The notes beneath the pieces were generated by a model, which had not been told where the DNA came from, did no database searches, and saw only the letters and a list, made by a program, of their open reading frames with translations. A program made the translations under genes and the position numbers. A stretch of DNA of 63,150 nt, filler included, from Choristocarpus tenellus KU-1152 (Eukaryota > Protista > Phaeophyceae): the NCBI GenBank assembly GCA_964200185.2. It is 12 parts of 12 records of this genome, joined end to end, with 100 filler letters (N's around TTAATTAATTAA, not from the genome) between each part and the next. Parts side by side here need not be neighbours in the genome. Positions count along the whole stretch, not along the records: positions 7,479 to 19,446 come from CAXNAD020002045.1; positions 19,547 to 22,137 come from CAXNAD020026482.1; positions 22,238 to 25,644 come from CAXNAD020020244.1; 9 more parts are not named here. One strand, 5' to 3'. This document shows positions 12,301 to 25,744 of the stretch, one piece after another. Position 1 is the first letter of the stretch; each line of letters begins with the position of its first letter.

Positions 12301-15300
12301 GCACTTGACATTGGTCCATCAAGACTAATGTCATGTGAAACAAAGGCATTTTCGGTAAGAATCCATCCCACGCATTCCCATGAGCCACTATTGTGGACTA
12401 CAACTGAATTGCCGGAATAGTCGTAATAATGACATCTACTAGCCGATGTTCTACTGTACCTGTTCAGGAATCTATCTACTGGCACTTTTTCCTGTCAATA
12501 TCCTTGAGGTGAATTCTCATTAAACCGATGATGCTCAGTTGTAAGGCAACAGCCACTGCCACACACCGCCTTACTTGTCTTTCTACCTACCTATTGGAGA
12601 GCCAAAGTATCTTAGAGGGTAGAGTCACGTCCATTTTGGACCAAACTCCAATGTTGCGATTTCAATGTAGTTTTGGCTAGCATGTTTGTTAGGAAGCGTC
12701 AATACCCTTGTTCCGGACACACCTTTTCATAACATACACATTTTACCTACTCCGAAATATTTTGGAGTAGGAAAATGTCGTAAAACCCCAAGGGAAACCA
12801 ATTCCCAAATGGACAAACAGGGCCAAACTCGTACCCTCTTAGATACTTTCACCCTGCAGTCACACATTGGGCACAGTAGTCACCCCGCTTGTTTCTCCAC
12901 CTCCTCTCTTGAATCTTGTGCTAGGCTCACCTCCACATTTCCACCTGGATCTCGATTCAGTTTGTTGGTGGTGTATCTATTGGTGCATGTTATATTAGTA
13001 CTGGTGTACACTCCTTTGTTCTGACGGCGCGGAATTGTATCATTGAAACCAGATTCCAGAAAGAGAAATCTTGTGTTGATGGTGTCCTTGTCAAGCGCGC
13101 CCCAAGACCTACCACGAACCCCACACAAATAGCACAAATACGGGGTTCCCTAACTTTTATGGGGTCATAAGATCCATTTTTCTTGGCATATAGTATCGCT
13201 TGAACTCATCTCCTGTATTGCTAATGATAGAAACTCGTAAGGTTAGGGTCGATAATTGGGAGAAGAAACTATCTGAGGAACATTCTCTTGTTCCAAGAAT
13301 TTTCACTTATTCACGGAAAGGTTATTTTACGCTCTTGTTAATATTGCATGAAATATGTACCACAGATTTTTAGGATACTTGGCCGATTTACTAGGGGAGC
13401 AGAATCTGAGAAGGTGTATCATTGACTCATTGACCACTGTGAGACCCTTGCTGGTCAAGTAAAGAGCCCTTCTCTCTCCAATCTCGGATGTAGGATTTAT
13501 GTAGTGGGGTTTCTCCCACAAGGACTCTGCTTGAGACTGGTGTATAACATGTTTACCAGGATGATTGGCACCTTGTTCCAATTCCAGAGTTTTATATATA
13601 TATATATATATATATATTCAGGGTTGCTGTTTGAAATGCGTACCGTTGCTCTGGATTTGTTGCAGTGCAACCATTCGCCATCCTGGTGTATTATTTTATG
13701 TTGGTGCTGAATAGAATACTGCCTGTGCTTGCAATTCTACTGTCTTTTCAAGTTATGTTTGAAATGATACGTTTCTACTACAGTGCTGGAGTCCAAACTA
13801 TAGTACTGTACTGTAACATTTATCTTCTGACATACATAGAGCGAGGAATCTCATGAAAACAGATGTTTAGCTCACTGAATGGTGCACAGTTTATTGACCA
13901 TCACAAGTGTATGGGCAGGGAACAGTGTAGCCGATACAAAGTAGTCTCCCAATGTGTTCTTGTGTACTTCATTTGTTTAAGAAGATGACAACTTCAGTGA
14001 CGCATCAATTTTTTCCTCACGTCCATTATGCCCTGCCCTCACATGTTGGTATTACTTTTGTGGTGTGAACCCCAAATTGTTGATGTTACAGTGTTGTCAG
14101 GGTGAGGCTTCACCCAAGTAGCCCAGGCCATTTTTTCCTGGCTATGTGCTATGAGTAAAAGTATCTTAGAGGGTCCGAGTTTTGCCCTGTTTGTCCGTCT
14201 GGGGCTTGGCTTCCCAAGGGTTTTTTATGACATTTTACGTACTCCGAAATATTTCGGAGTAGGTAAATATATATGTTCTGAAAAGGTGTATCTGGAACAA
14301 GGATATTGACACTTCCTCACAAACGAGATGGTCAAAATTACATCAAAATCGCAACATTAGTTTTTGGTTCCCAAACGGACGCGGCTCTAACCTCTAAGAC
14401 ACTTCAATTCTATGGCCTTCACTACGTGTATCACTGAGTCCAGCTCCACAGACTTTCTACATGTGGGAAGCTATTGATAAGATTTTCCTTCAAAACATTA
14501 CAAAGATTTTCCACGGAATATCAGCAAGTCGAAAACTTACATGTCAATTGAACCATCCCTCTTGAATGTAATTGCACATTTATGTTGTGATAGGGTACAG
14601 GTGTTGCCAATGTTGGATGGCCAGTTATTTCGTTGGAGTGTAGAATTCTTGCGAATAGTTGGTAGCAAATTGGTTTCCTTGTCTTTATTGCTGAGATACT
14701 TGTGATGTCATCCAGTTGCCTTCATGCTGACTGCGTTGACATGTGCACCACATTTCCAAAGTCTCAATATTCATTAAGCTCAGCTCAATTTCAAGGATTG
14801 TCTCTTTCATTCTTCCTGTCTCCTCTGGCAGTACTATAATGGCAAGGCATCCAATCTACTTGTCGACCATGAGGCCTTCATTTCGTATGTGTTTGGCTTA
14901 GGCAGTCGGCCAGCACTGATCTATGTGGAGGGCTTTCATCCAGGTCTTAGGCACAACGCAGCAGAAGTACATAGGTTAATCACAGAGCGTTACGAGGTGC
15001 CCATGGTCTCTTACCGTCACGCCATTTGGCCCAATAAAACCGATACCTCTGATGTTCTACGACTCTGGGCTGTGGCTGGCCCACATCCTCCGTGGCAAAC
15101 ACACCAGCTCTTTGCTGATGTCCTTATCCAGTACCTTCAGCGTGAATATGTAGACTTCTGCTCCAGGTTTGGGGGCTCAGACCACCAAATCCCGTTCATG
15201 GATGGTGTCACAGAGCGAGCGGAGCAGACTTGCCTCATGGGTCACCTAACATACATGGATACCACAGAAGACTTTCCCATGGAACCCGTGGTTGAACTAA

Positions 15301-15800
15301 GTTCTAGTGGTGGTAGTAGCAATGGAGGTGGAAGTGCTTGGGTGATGGGCGAAGATGTCCCAGGAAAACCTGGCTTACTCGTGTATGGTATGGATTCGCC
15401 TGGGGCTTCAGTTGTGTTCAACCTTTCATGCCATAGTGTTTCTTCCATTGCAGTGGGCTATCTTGGTAGCTACGAGGGTATGGGTATGGTGGAAGTCCTC
15501 ATTGATGGCAAGAGTCCCAACCCGAGTGGTTCAGGCTATTGGATTGACGGACTTTGGGACGAACAAATTTCAGTCCAGACATTCAACTTTGTGCCACTTC
15601 AGGCTATGGGGCCCTCTCCAGGAAAAGTCAATGGTGTCACTGAAGGTGTCATCACTGCTGGGAAGCAAGGAGCAGTTAATACATCAAATGTGCTGTTGAC
15701 CTTGAGGACACCAATGACATCTCAGTACAGGGGAGGAAAGACTGTTATGGCGAGGAGGGGTTCTGCAAAGTTTAAGCTGTTATCTCTGTCCTGCTGCTAG
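9301..15800 (+). CDS. SGNH/GDSL hydrolase-like type II membrane protein (~537 aa), 3 exons
   Basis: Exons 9301-9813, 11293-11424 and 14832-15800 are joined in frame by GT-AG introns. N-terminal hydrophobic anchor; block I VIMGGSMT, block III ADFGIND, block V GPHP; C-terminal YLGSYEGMG...IDGLW...KFKLL. Confidence 0.85.
10865..10899 (+). repeat. Interstitial telomere-type (CCCTAA)n tract
   Basis: TAACCCTAAACCTAACCCTAACCCTAACCCTAACC; shorter tracts at 20071-20085 and 20746-20769. Confidence 0.75.
11950..12300 (-). pseudogene. Highly decayed Ty3/Gypsy RNase H-like remnant in the SGNH intron
   Basis: Fragmentary MAVVWA...VYLR...LVT and LSELE...SAD resemble the Gypsy RNase H consensus LAVVWAL..F.YL...TDH / AD.LSR; many frameshifts. 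Confidence 0.3.
12599..12854 (-). mobile_element. MITE family A, copy 2 (inverted)
   Basis: Full length; flanks TGGA/TGCA. Confidence 0.9.
14153..14410 (+). mobile_element. MITE family A, copy 3
   Basis: Full length; flanks TAT/TAT. Confidence 0.9.
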
Positions 15801-16505
15801 AGGAATATTTGAGGCAAGGGGAATAGACTCCCTCCTGCTGTATGGAGGAAAACAGTGGAGGTCTTGATCGTTGGACTAGGAGTGGTGCATTTGCTCTATT
15901 GTGCCCTGACTCCCGCCCTGACTCCTGCCCTTAAATCAGCTGAAGAACTTGAATTACCGCCAACTGGACAACCACCTACAAGCAACTCACCTCTTCAAGC
16001 TTCCACAATTCTCGTATATATCTGTGGGTGAAGTGCTAAGTTTGACTCGCGAGGGTCGATTTCTCCATTGTTTGATACTTTTTTACGCATTTCGGAAAAT
16101 ATCCTGTACTTCCTGTAAAACGAGGTCGAAATTTGCATGTATTTCTTGGCATCTTTCAAGTGCAACTCTGGGTGCCTCTTGTTCACTTTGACTCTCAGCG
16201 CTTTGTTTGGTGTTCTCTGTTTTGGGTTGGTGGTACCTTTTCATGGCACGGTCAAGTTAAGTTCCAAGTAGATTATTTCTGATCTAGCTTGGAGTATAGT
16301 GTGCTGTTTTTCTTCACCTCTTATTTCCCTCATGTTTGGGTTTTGACTGATGGCTGATGTGGCAGCCTCCGATCAGTCTTTCCTGCACGTGATTGGCAAT
16401 GGGTGGTGCCTTAGACTGGACAGATCTGTTGTGGCATTTGACCATATTTTTCTGTTTTCTTCCTTAGGTTCTCTTGTGTTGTGATGTCATGATTTAGGGA
16501 TATAA

Positions 16506-16728
16506 ATACCACGTTATTTGAGAGTTTACAGCGTATAGTACATTTTCCGTTGGGGTGACAGCATGGGGTAGTTGATAATAATACCACATTACTTGAGAGC
16601 TTATAGTGTACAGTACATTTTCCTTTGGAGTGACAGTATGGGGTAGTTGATAGAAAGAAGTCCCACGTTATTTGAGAGTTGACAGGGTGTAGTACATTTT
16701 CCGTTGGGTTGAAAGTATGGGGTAGTTA
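16506..16728 (+). repeat. Minisatellite, ~3 x ~75 bp
   Basis: Unit CCACGTTATTTGAGAGTTTACAGCGTATAGTACATTTTCCGTTGGGGTGACAGCATGGGGTAGTTGATA repeated three times with substitutions. Confidence 0.85.
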
Positions 16729-17567
16729 TCCTATGGGAGTTTATACTATGCACTGAGGTTGAAGGAAGTCTTCACTGAAACTAATTCACGGGTAAGCATG
16801 TTTACCCATATTTTACATTGTATGCCACTATTCATCCAAAGGAATGCACCAGAATTTTTGTTGTATGTGTATACGAGATCTCTCCCTCGAACGGAAGGAA
16901 TCACTACAAACGAAAGGACACCGAGGATCGACAATTAGTGTTGAAGGGAAAGAGGAAAAGCTTGAGAAAGAGGTACAACAATGATTTGAGAGAGTGAATT
17001 TGTGTAGAGAGTGGTTGGAAATTTTGTGGAAGAGGAAAAGGGCGGTTTACAGGATGAAAAGATGTATTTGTGATGAGAAAGATTAAGTTAGATTACTCTT
17101 ATTGTTAAGATTCGCGCATCTGTTTTTGTCCCCAATGAAATATAGCGCAAAGGTGTAACAGAACTGTATCTATGGAATCGTTTAGGACCAGAACAAACTC
17201 AACATTTGAGCGGCAGATTAAGTTTTTTTAATTTGGAGGGGAATTTGTTTTGTGGTAGTGTAATTGGTGCAATCTTTTTGGTGGATGGGCTGTTTCTTAC
17301 AGGGGGAAGGGGGCGTAAGTAAGGGTTATCTTGCCGTGGTGTCGTGAGTATGTGCATCCCTTGTTTTGCATGCCAAGGACCTCAGGGAGAACATTGTGCT
17401 CGTCATTCATCAGTATTAATCGATCTGGAATTTTTTGTGCCACTGAGACGTTCTTCGTTTGGTTCATTTCCTCCCTCTCCCCACATATAGTCTGTCTCTG
17501 CGCTCTAACTACAGCATCTCATGGTGTATGTAGTATGCTAAAACAATGACTTACATTGCCAATGAAT

Positions 17568-17820
17568 GAGCCAAAGTAAACGAGAGGTAATCAGTTTTTG
17601 ACCTTGTTTTTGGATTTAGGCCATCTTTTCAATCTTTGGCAATTCACCCATATTTCTGTGGATGAGCTAAGTTTGACTTGTAAGGGTTTGTATGCTGTTC
17701 GAAAGATTTCGACATAATTCGGAAAACGTCCTACACACTTTTTTTAAACGCCAGAATTTTGCTCGTATTTTCCGAGATCATTAAAATGCAACCCTGGGTT
17801 ACTCTCACTTACTTCGACTC
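17568..17820 (+). mobile_element. MITE family D (253 bp, GAGCCAAAGTAAACGAGAG...CTCTCACTTACTTCGACTC)
   Basis: TIRs; flanks GAAT/CAAT; a second diverged copy ends ...CACTTTGACTC at 16194. Confidence 0.7.
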
Positions 17821-20800
17821 CAATACTGTTGCTATGAGAGAGTGGGGGCCGATTATATCGAATGACAATGGTGACGGTAGCAACAACTTCGTTGCAAATA
17901 GTGCATGCTATTCATACATACACTGTGTAGATAAAGAAATCCATACAAATGAACATTATTAGTAGATAAGCGTACAGAATAGCCATCTGTGCGAAATTGG
18001 AGTAGCAACAACATTATTACCAAACGAAAGTAGGTCGAGTTGTTTCTCTTGAACGGATACACGCACACATGAACGACTGCCTTCAATACCACGATGTTGT
18101 CGATTAAAGCAGTAACTTCTACGGTTAAGATTCGAAATAGTTTAGTGGAAATGAAGGATTTATACTACATCCCTGGATGCGGTACAAAGGTAAAAACAAA
18201 TGCACTCTCTGTTGTGACATAGAGTGATACTACCACCTGTATGCACAACATCCGGCAAGCAGTGAAAAAAAAAATGATGTACTGCGCAATTGTTGAGTAG
18301 TATGTATGTATGAGTTTCTTGTGTTTCTTAGAACCATCAGATGTCCTACCCCCTCCCTCCCCTAATGTATATTCCCTTCTCATATCTCTACTTCGTGCAT
18401 TTGGGTCAATGCACACTTTCATCCGAGAAAAGGCAACTCTCATAAATCTTGGGGTTATACACTTGGCACAAACTCCGTAAGTCTACGCCGTCCTCACCAA
18501 ACAGGGAACCAGCACCGATTGCATGCATGGACAAATGCACCATTTGGTAGTGGTAGCATACGAGCCTAAAAGTGGCCCTGGGGAGGTACAAGGAGGAGGA
18601 ATCATTACTATCGAAATATTGTGTACAACAACAGGGAGAGGACATTTACCTAAAAAAATGAAAAGTGTATTAACGAAAAGACAAAGAAGGGTGGCGGTTA
18701 GATGTTAGTACTAGTAGCAAATTGTGTAAACTATATAATCGATTGGTTGGCCCTGAACTGTATCCCCTAAATAGCAACTTCCATAGACCAATAGGTGATC
18801 CTTCACATTCCAATCAATTCGATACATTCAGTATCAGAAGCCTTAAGACCAAAACACCACTTTATCGTACATACGAAATATTACAAAAAATAGAACGAAA
18901 ATATAATTACTATTGTACCTTCATGACCATGTCAGAAAAAAAATCCATGAAACACCCTCTCCATTCAAGCACTTGTGCATCTTCTCCAACCTTTCATGTT
19001 ACTATTGATGTTATCATCAATACCACAATGAGAGCAATTCACGATACCTTCTGGGCTGACATTGTTAAAGAAGCTGATGTTCCCATGACTTGGTATGTAA
19101 ATGATTTGATTAATTCCCTATTGGGTTGAACAGGTTGTAGATGAAGGATCTTTTCGTCAAGGGTTTGTCTAAGGAGTCTTTCAATAGGCATTCCAGTGTT
19201 ATCATGCGTAGAATGAAGTAGAATTGATTTTTGGTTTAAGATATGTCGAAGAATGTTTTGAGATGGTATTTTTCACTTGAAGTTCAAAGCACGGGAGTGT
19301 GTTAAGAATATGTTTTTTATTCATATGCAAAATATGATTCTGTTGGAGAAACATTAAGTTGTTGAAGTATTGTTGGATAATGAAAATATTATCTGCGGGT
19401 TATTATAATATACCCCGATAGTATGTCTTTGTTAGGTGACAACTAANNNNNNNNNNNNNNNNNNNNNNNNNNNNNNNNNNNNNNNNNNNNTTAATTAATT
19501 AANNNNNNNNNNNNNNNNNNNNNNNNNNNNNNNNNNNNNNNNNNNNACAAAAAAAAATCACCGGGGAAGGGCAGAGAATGTGGGGGGGGGGGGGGGGGAT
19601 TTTTCGATCAAACATTATAAACGCGTATGAGCGCTGTGTCCTCCTCACACAGAGCTCAGCACTTCACGAGCAACAACCTGATTCAAATTGTGTACATGGA
19701 TTAGACTCGTGTACATAAACGCCCCCCATTTTGCATCACTACTTATTAATAAAACTGAAAAAACCCACACATATTTGAACCAACAGTACAAAACATTATC
19801 GCACAATACAACCACCCCTACTAAGGAATATTCAAAGGATGATACACAGTAGTATATCACAACTTGAGACGAAATTTCACTTTGCGAGAATTCATTCCCA
19901 AAACTCAATACGCCTGACAGATATCAACAACTCCTAGCACAACGTAACCAATAACAACTAACAACATTTTCAACCCAAACCACTACCAATCACTTACATG
20001 GGAACTTCAACTCTAAAAAAAATACCCATCTATACACCCAACACTTTAACTCCATAAAAACATCTACACACCCTAACCCTAACCCGAACAAGTGTCTTCT
20101 AAACAAGGTTTAGATTTAGTCGGAGGAAACATACGACTAAAGGAAAAAACTGGTGACAGAATAAACGGAATGACTGGTACAGTTTGCGGAAAATACCGAA
20201 ATATCGTAATATCGTACCACTCCGACCACTTCCGATTTCCAAGTCGGTGTGTGTGTAAGCAGGAACTTTCCAACATGGTATGTGACTCACCCTCCCCCCC
20301 CAAGACCATGCACAAAAACCTTGCAGAGGAGTGTAGTTCAGTGCCTTGGTAAAGGGCAAAACCACTCCAGTGCAAATTAATAACAATATATATACGTATA
20401 TCTTCAACTACCTACTGTGCTCACCGATGGAATCACAAACCAAAACGTTTCTGGTGACATCTGATTGGGAACGAACATAGGGTTAGGTTTAGGCTTGCAA
20501 TTTAAACAGCCCTACATAGTATGACAAAAAAAAAACTTTCTCAGTGTCTGTTGTACAAATTACCTCTAATCTTTTGATAGGCGAAATATGAAATTCTTCC
20601 TGGGATAATCACAGCTCCCTCTCCCCCCCACCCCCCCGTACAAAGGACAAAGGGTTCAATTTTCAAACCTCAGTGTGAACCAGCACTTCAACCAACAACA
20701 CTCTATCGTATCACACTACAAGACCATTTCTCATAGTTTCACGGCTTAGGATTAGGGTTAGGGTTAGGGCGACTACTAATACCAGCAACAGCAAAGTCCA

Positions 20801-21401
20801 TCTCTGAAAAATATGCGGATGTTTGGGACTATACCAACAACACACATAACAACAAACTCCAAGCCCCTCATCAACCATAGTCTTCTCAATTCTGGAGCAA
20901 CCTGACTAGAATATCCTCTCCACCTTGGTGCCAATCTTCACACCCAAGCAGACTCGCCTCACAAAAGACTGATCTCTCATTGCAGTAGACAAACAAGCCC
21001 TAAATTGCAACATTGGGTCATCTTTTCCACACACAACGCCTTCAATCTACTCACCAAACGCCTTCAACCCTCTCACAGCACACTCAACACAGACCCTCTC
21101 CCCTCCCCTCCCCTCACTACATCCCACTCCGGAAAATAAAAACAATCACACCTTAGCCAGCGAAACCATTTGGAGGACGATTCAAAGATTCTCTCTAACA
21201 AGATACTTACAGCACTATGACATTACAAGGTACACCTCCAACATACACCCAAACCAGCCACAGAACGCACTCAAAATAACCTTTCATACCACCCATCATT
21301 TTCTTTCACAGTGGCAGTCACACTGTTGAGCTAGCTATACAACTTAAGCAATTGGTTCCCCGAGCGAGTCCCCCCTTTCTCCTTCCATTTGGTGAACTCA
21401 C

Positions 21402-22137
21402 CTTACCCAGGGCAGTGCCTGGTACCCACTCTTCTCGATGATCTTGAGGTATCGCACCTGGATACCACTAACAGTGAAGTAGGGTATCTCAAACTTGACC
21501 TGCAATGTCAACATACATCATACATATATATATATGTATACATATTTAAACATTAAATAACATTTAAAAAAATTACACAGAGTGGACAGAGGAGAAAAAA
21601 ATGTGTATATATATATATATATATATATTTCTCATTATAAAAATGAAATGGATAGGGGCTCTACATGGATAATGTTCAAAGAACAAAAGGGGAAAATAAT
21701 ATAAAACACCCACAAATATATTTATTTCTCAATAGAAATGAAATGGATTGGAGCTCTACCTGGATAATGTTCAGAAAAGAAAAGTGGAAAATAATATTAA
21801 AAAGCATGCACAAATATATATCAATAAATATATAAACTTCTCATTATAAAAATGAAATGTACAGGACCTCTACCTGGACAACGTTCAGAGAACAAAATTG
21901 GAAAATAATATAAAAAACATCAAAAAATATATAGATGAATATTTTTCATTAAAATTAAACGGAAACACACTCTACCTGTAAAAGCGGTAAAAACCTTGAA
22001 CAAATCAAACCATAACCCTAACCCCAAGTGAAATCAACTACAGTACCCCAGTACCTGAATGGGGGCCTTCCACTCCCTGGCATCCTCTGCACTGATGGAA
22101 GGGAGTCCAAAGTGTGCCCTCATGAGGTACTCCCTTG
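21402..22137 (-). CDS. AP1M1: AP-1 adaptor complex mu subunit, partial (two C-terminal-region exons)
   Basis: Exons 22055-22137 (REYLMRAHFGLPSISAEDAREWKAPIQ, cut by the gap) and 21402-21499 (VKFEIPYFTVSGIQVRYLKIIEKSGYQALPWVR), the mu1 signature; final exon not found in the contig. Confidence 0.93.
21630..21980. repeat. Intronic tandem repeat, ~3.3 x 100-115 bp
   Basis: Unit CTCATTATAAAAATGAAATG...CTCTACCTGGATAATGTTCA...GGAAAATAATAT repeated. Confidence 0.8.
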
Positions 22138-22861
22138 NNNNNNNNNNNNNNNNNNNNNNNNNNNNNNNNNNNNNNNNNNNNTTAATTAATTAANNNNNNN
22201 NNNNNNNNNNNNNNNNNNNNNNNNNNNNNNNNNNNNNCCGCTCCATCCCCAATTTTGAAAATCCTCTGTTACCAGTAGCAGCAGTAGTGGTGGCAATAGT
22301 ATGAGTAGTAGTATGACTCACTAGTGTACACAAAAGTGAATGGCTCTTTCTGGAATTGTACAAAAATGTATCTTTTTGCCTTTTTTTGCAATCCTTACAA
22401 TGCAACCCTTCCTACCTCTCAGTTCAACTCAGAGGCAGGTCCTCACATGGGAGATTCCATTTGAATACCTTATTATTCAATTGGTGACATGACGAGCCAC
22501 CGCAATCTCAGCCAGTCTTACTTGGTCGGGCTGATAGTAGGAGGAGTCAATGACTGAAGAGCTGGGCGCTATATACGACCCCAAAGCAAGGCCTCCATAC
22601 TCTCAAACTGGTCTCCTCTTTTCTCTTTGTCGATCAGATTTTAAAAGAAGTAGATCAATACCAGAAACATACTGGTTGGGTCTATACTTTATTATTTATA
22701 ATATGATACTGAAATTAAGAGGTTCCAATTGTTCCGATCATATCGGTCCTTTGGTGTTGTTGTGAAGTATGTCGAGACCCGTCCACCATCCGACCACACA
22801 TCCCATTCTCCCATTTTGAATATTTTGCTCTTTCATTAGCTATTGGACAAGCAAGGTTACC

Positions 22862-25127
22862 ATGTCTTCGTCCACGGGAGGACGTGCCACGAGGGCTTTG
22901 CAGAGCAAGCCCGCTATTGTCATAGACTTAGGGAGGTGGGTGTATGTTGATGAATGATTCAAGAGAAACTGTATGGGCAGAGTCTGCAAGTGGTGACCCT
23001 TGCCCCTGCTTGCTACCGTTCCTTCCTCACAAGTGCACTGCTGAAGCATGCGTGAATGTGCTTTGCAACCTTTCCTCCTACCTATTTTCCACCCATCCAG
23101 CGTCTTCGTTAGGTGCGGCTTTGCGGGGGAAGCACTGCCTACACACATTGTTCCTTCAAAGATTGGGGTGGAAGATGTAGATGGGGGCAAAAATGGACTC
23201 CAAATGGGAAATCGGACAAGAGAAGAGTGGATAGATATTCTTACCGAAAGCTTTAGTCATCTCTATGCAGAGAGCCTACAGTGCAGGCCCAGGGTGAGTA
23301 GCAGAATCGAGCGCAATATATCTAAATCAGAGACTCCAATAACACGGTCCTGACCGAAACCATCAAGCCCAACATGGCCTTCCCAAAGAACATGTAGAAA
23401 GACTACCACACCCCAAACTATCTTACCCCACCCTTTATCACTTTCCCTTGTTCCTCCTTGTCCGTAGGAGCGACGTGTGTTAGTTTGTGAGAGTATGGTG
23501 AGCCCAAGACCCTTGCGGGAGGCTGTGGCGCATGTGCTCTTTCGGTATCTACAGGTCCGCTTAGCATAATACCTTGCTTGTCGGTGGTATGCATATACAC
23601 ATATAGGCAGGATATGAGATCTTTCCTTGACTGATTGTGCACGGTGGAGATATTGTCCTCGGGAAAGTGTTTCCTGTGTGCTCACGCAGTATGATCCAAT
23701 ATTTATATTATTTTTGCTGAAGCACATGACTAGCAGAAGTCTTTGTCTCCACACTTCGATTAGCAAGACCTTGCATTGGTGGGTATATGTCGCTCGACCC
23801 GTAGCTGATGAGCATTTCATCTGGGAGTAGGATATCACCGCCGATGACTGACTTTGATCAACAACAATACAAACCACTGACGGGGGTAACTTCTCACTTC
23901 ACCCTCTCGATTTTCGAAGCAGTACTTCAATAGCAATGTTTGGATATCTAGTGGGATCTTTTTCCATCTTGAAACCCTTCCCCAAAACTTGCCTCCTCCC
24001 CCCGTCAATGTATTCCATCTGCAGATACCTGCTCTCCATTTATCACCTGGGCCTGCCCCTGCCCTCTACTGCACAGGCCTGGACACAGGAGTTGTGGTGG
24101 ACATTGGCTCGAGGGAGGCGCATTCCTTGGCAGTGTACAGGGATTTAACCCTCCAAAATTCCTATGGTGGTGAGAAGGAAGAAGGGAATTGTAATGTTGA
24201 GATTCTGCCAAGGTTTGTGACAATGGGGGGAAAGAGTATTGATAAGAGATATTGTATATCTTGCATCTACAAGAGAAATGAGCTGGACGTCCTGGTGATT
24301 CCAACTAATCCATTGATATGACCTGTGGGTAGTTTAAAGGACTGTAATGTATGCAAGATTGGTGGGATCTTGCAGAGATACTCATGCCCTGGTAGACAAG
24401 ATGTATTGCGGAACTTCAGGCACTGGTTGTACATATAAGCAAACCTACCAGTGGTGTTAAATATTCTCGTCTCCTTGTTCCTACTTCGTCCAGTGCATTG
24501 CCTGCATCTCTCTGTTGTTGTAGGTGGCCATGTACTGCTGTCAATAAACAGTTTACCACTGTGCTCTAGAGGTGCAATGTACCACTAAAGCACCTCACTT
24601 TGCAACCCTGACTGACCCTGTTCCGGTAGTACCAGCACAATTTTGTTCTTTCCAGTTTGTACTGGACTGCTGAACCACAGTCATTCGCTTTTAACAAACA
24701 ATAATATTTTGTATTCCATATAGCATTAGTTTTTTTTTAATACGCCTTTCTTTTGTATGCATATACCAGAATAGAGGACAAGTTTCCTTTCGTGTTTAGT
24801 GTCAATGTCACTCTAATCTTGGTACAATGTCACATGGTTCAGGTTACGTTATCCTTCCCTCGTGCAGGCTGGACTCCCCAGCCCTTTCCGTTCCCTCAAC
24901 TCCTGCCCTTGCTCGCCTTGCATGTGTCCAAATGGTCTGCGATAGCCATCCCGCTGGGTGTTGGTGCAGTTTGTCGAAGAGCAAGGGAGATGATAGATCA
25001 GGAGGAGGAGAAAGCAGGGGAGGGGTCAGGGGGGTCACAAGGGCGGCCATTGACACGACAAGAATGGGATGAAATTGTGGCACGTGCCTGTATGGTGTCA
25101 GTGGGAGGTGTACCTACAGAGGAACAG
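22862..25127 (+). CDS. ACTR10: Actin-related protein 10 (dynactin Arp11-like), 5' part
   Basis: Phase-consistent exons 22862-22935, 23101-23293, 23468-23554, 24025-24169 and 24946-25127: AIVIDLGSVFVRCGFAGE...ERRVLVCES...REAVAHVLF...TGVVVDIGSREA. The actin fold is clear; the Arp10 assignment rests on motif style. Confidence 0.8.
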
Positions 25128-25744
25128 GTCAGGTTTCCCAGAGGAGTTGCAGTATTCCCATTTTGTGGGGGGGAGGGGGGGGGGGGAGTTTCGTAGTGTT
25201 CAAAGTTTGGGTGATTGAAGTAAAGGAATAGGACTACTCTTGTGTTAGATGCAATTGAGCATTGGGACTGGGATGGGTGAACTAGCTGTGTGTGTTTTCC
25301 CCAAAGTGTACCTTCAAAAAAAAGTTGATGCTGGAAAATAATAGGTAGAACTATCTGCATTCAATTAACTTCTCAAAGGAGGAGCAAAGAGTATTCCATT
25401 TACCGCTGATGTGCATCATACAAAAGCCATTGGAGAGGGCGTGTGGGTTGTGATACATGCTTGATTTCTCAGGATAAGCAAAATTGTGTTCCCCTGCTCT
25501 TTTCTCAGGCGAAAGGAGACCTGCAGTGTCAGGAAATTTCAAAGGTCTCTCTTCTCTGACTGCGCTCTGCTGTCTCCCCTTTGCCTAAATTCCAGTTTTC
25601 TCCTACCATGGATGGCGTTTCTCTTTGCCCCCCTCCTTCCCCCCNNNNNNNNNNNNNNNNNNNNNNNNNNNNNNNNNNNNNNNNNNNNTTAATTAATTAA
25701 NNNNNNNNNNNNNNNNNNNNNNNNNNNNNNNNNNNNNNNNNNNN

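Noticed and set aside
23263-23877. 204-aa minus-strand ORF and most other short ORFs in the track
   Set aside because: Antisense or intronic to real genes, or within repeats; no motifs
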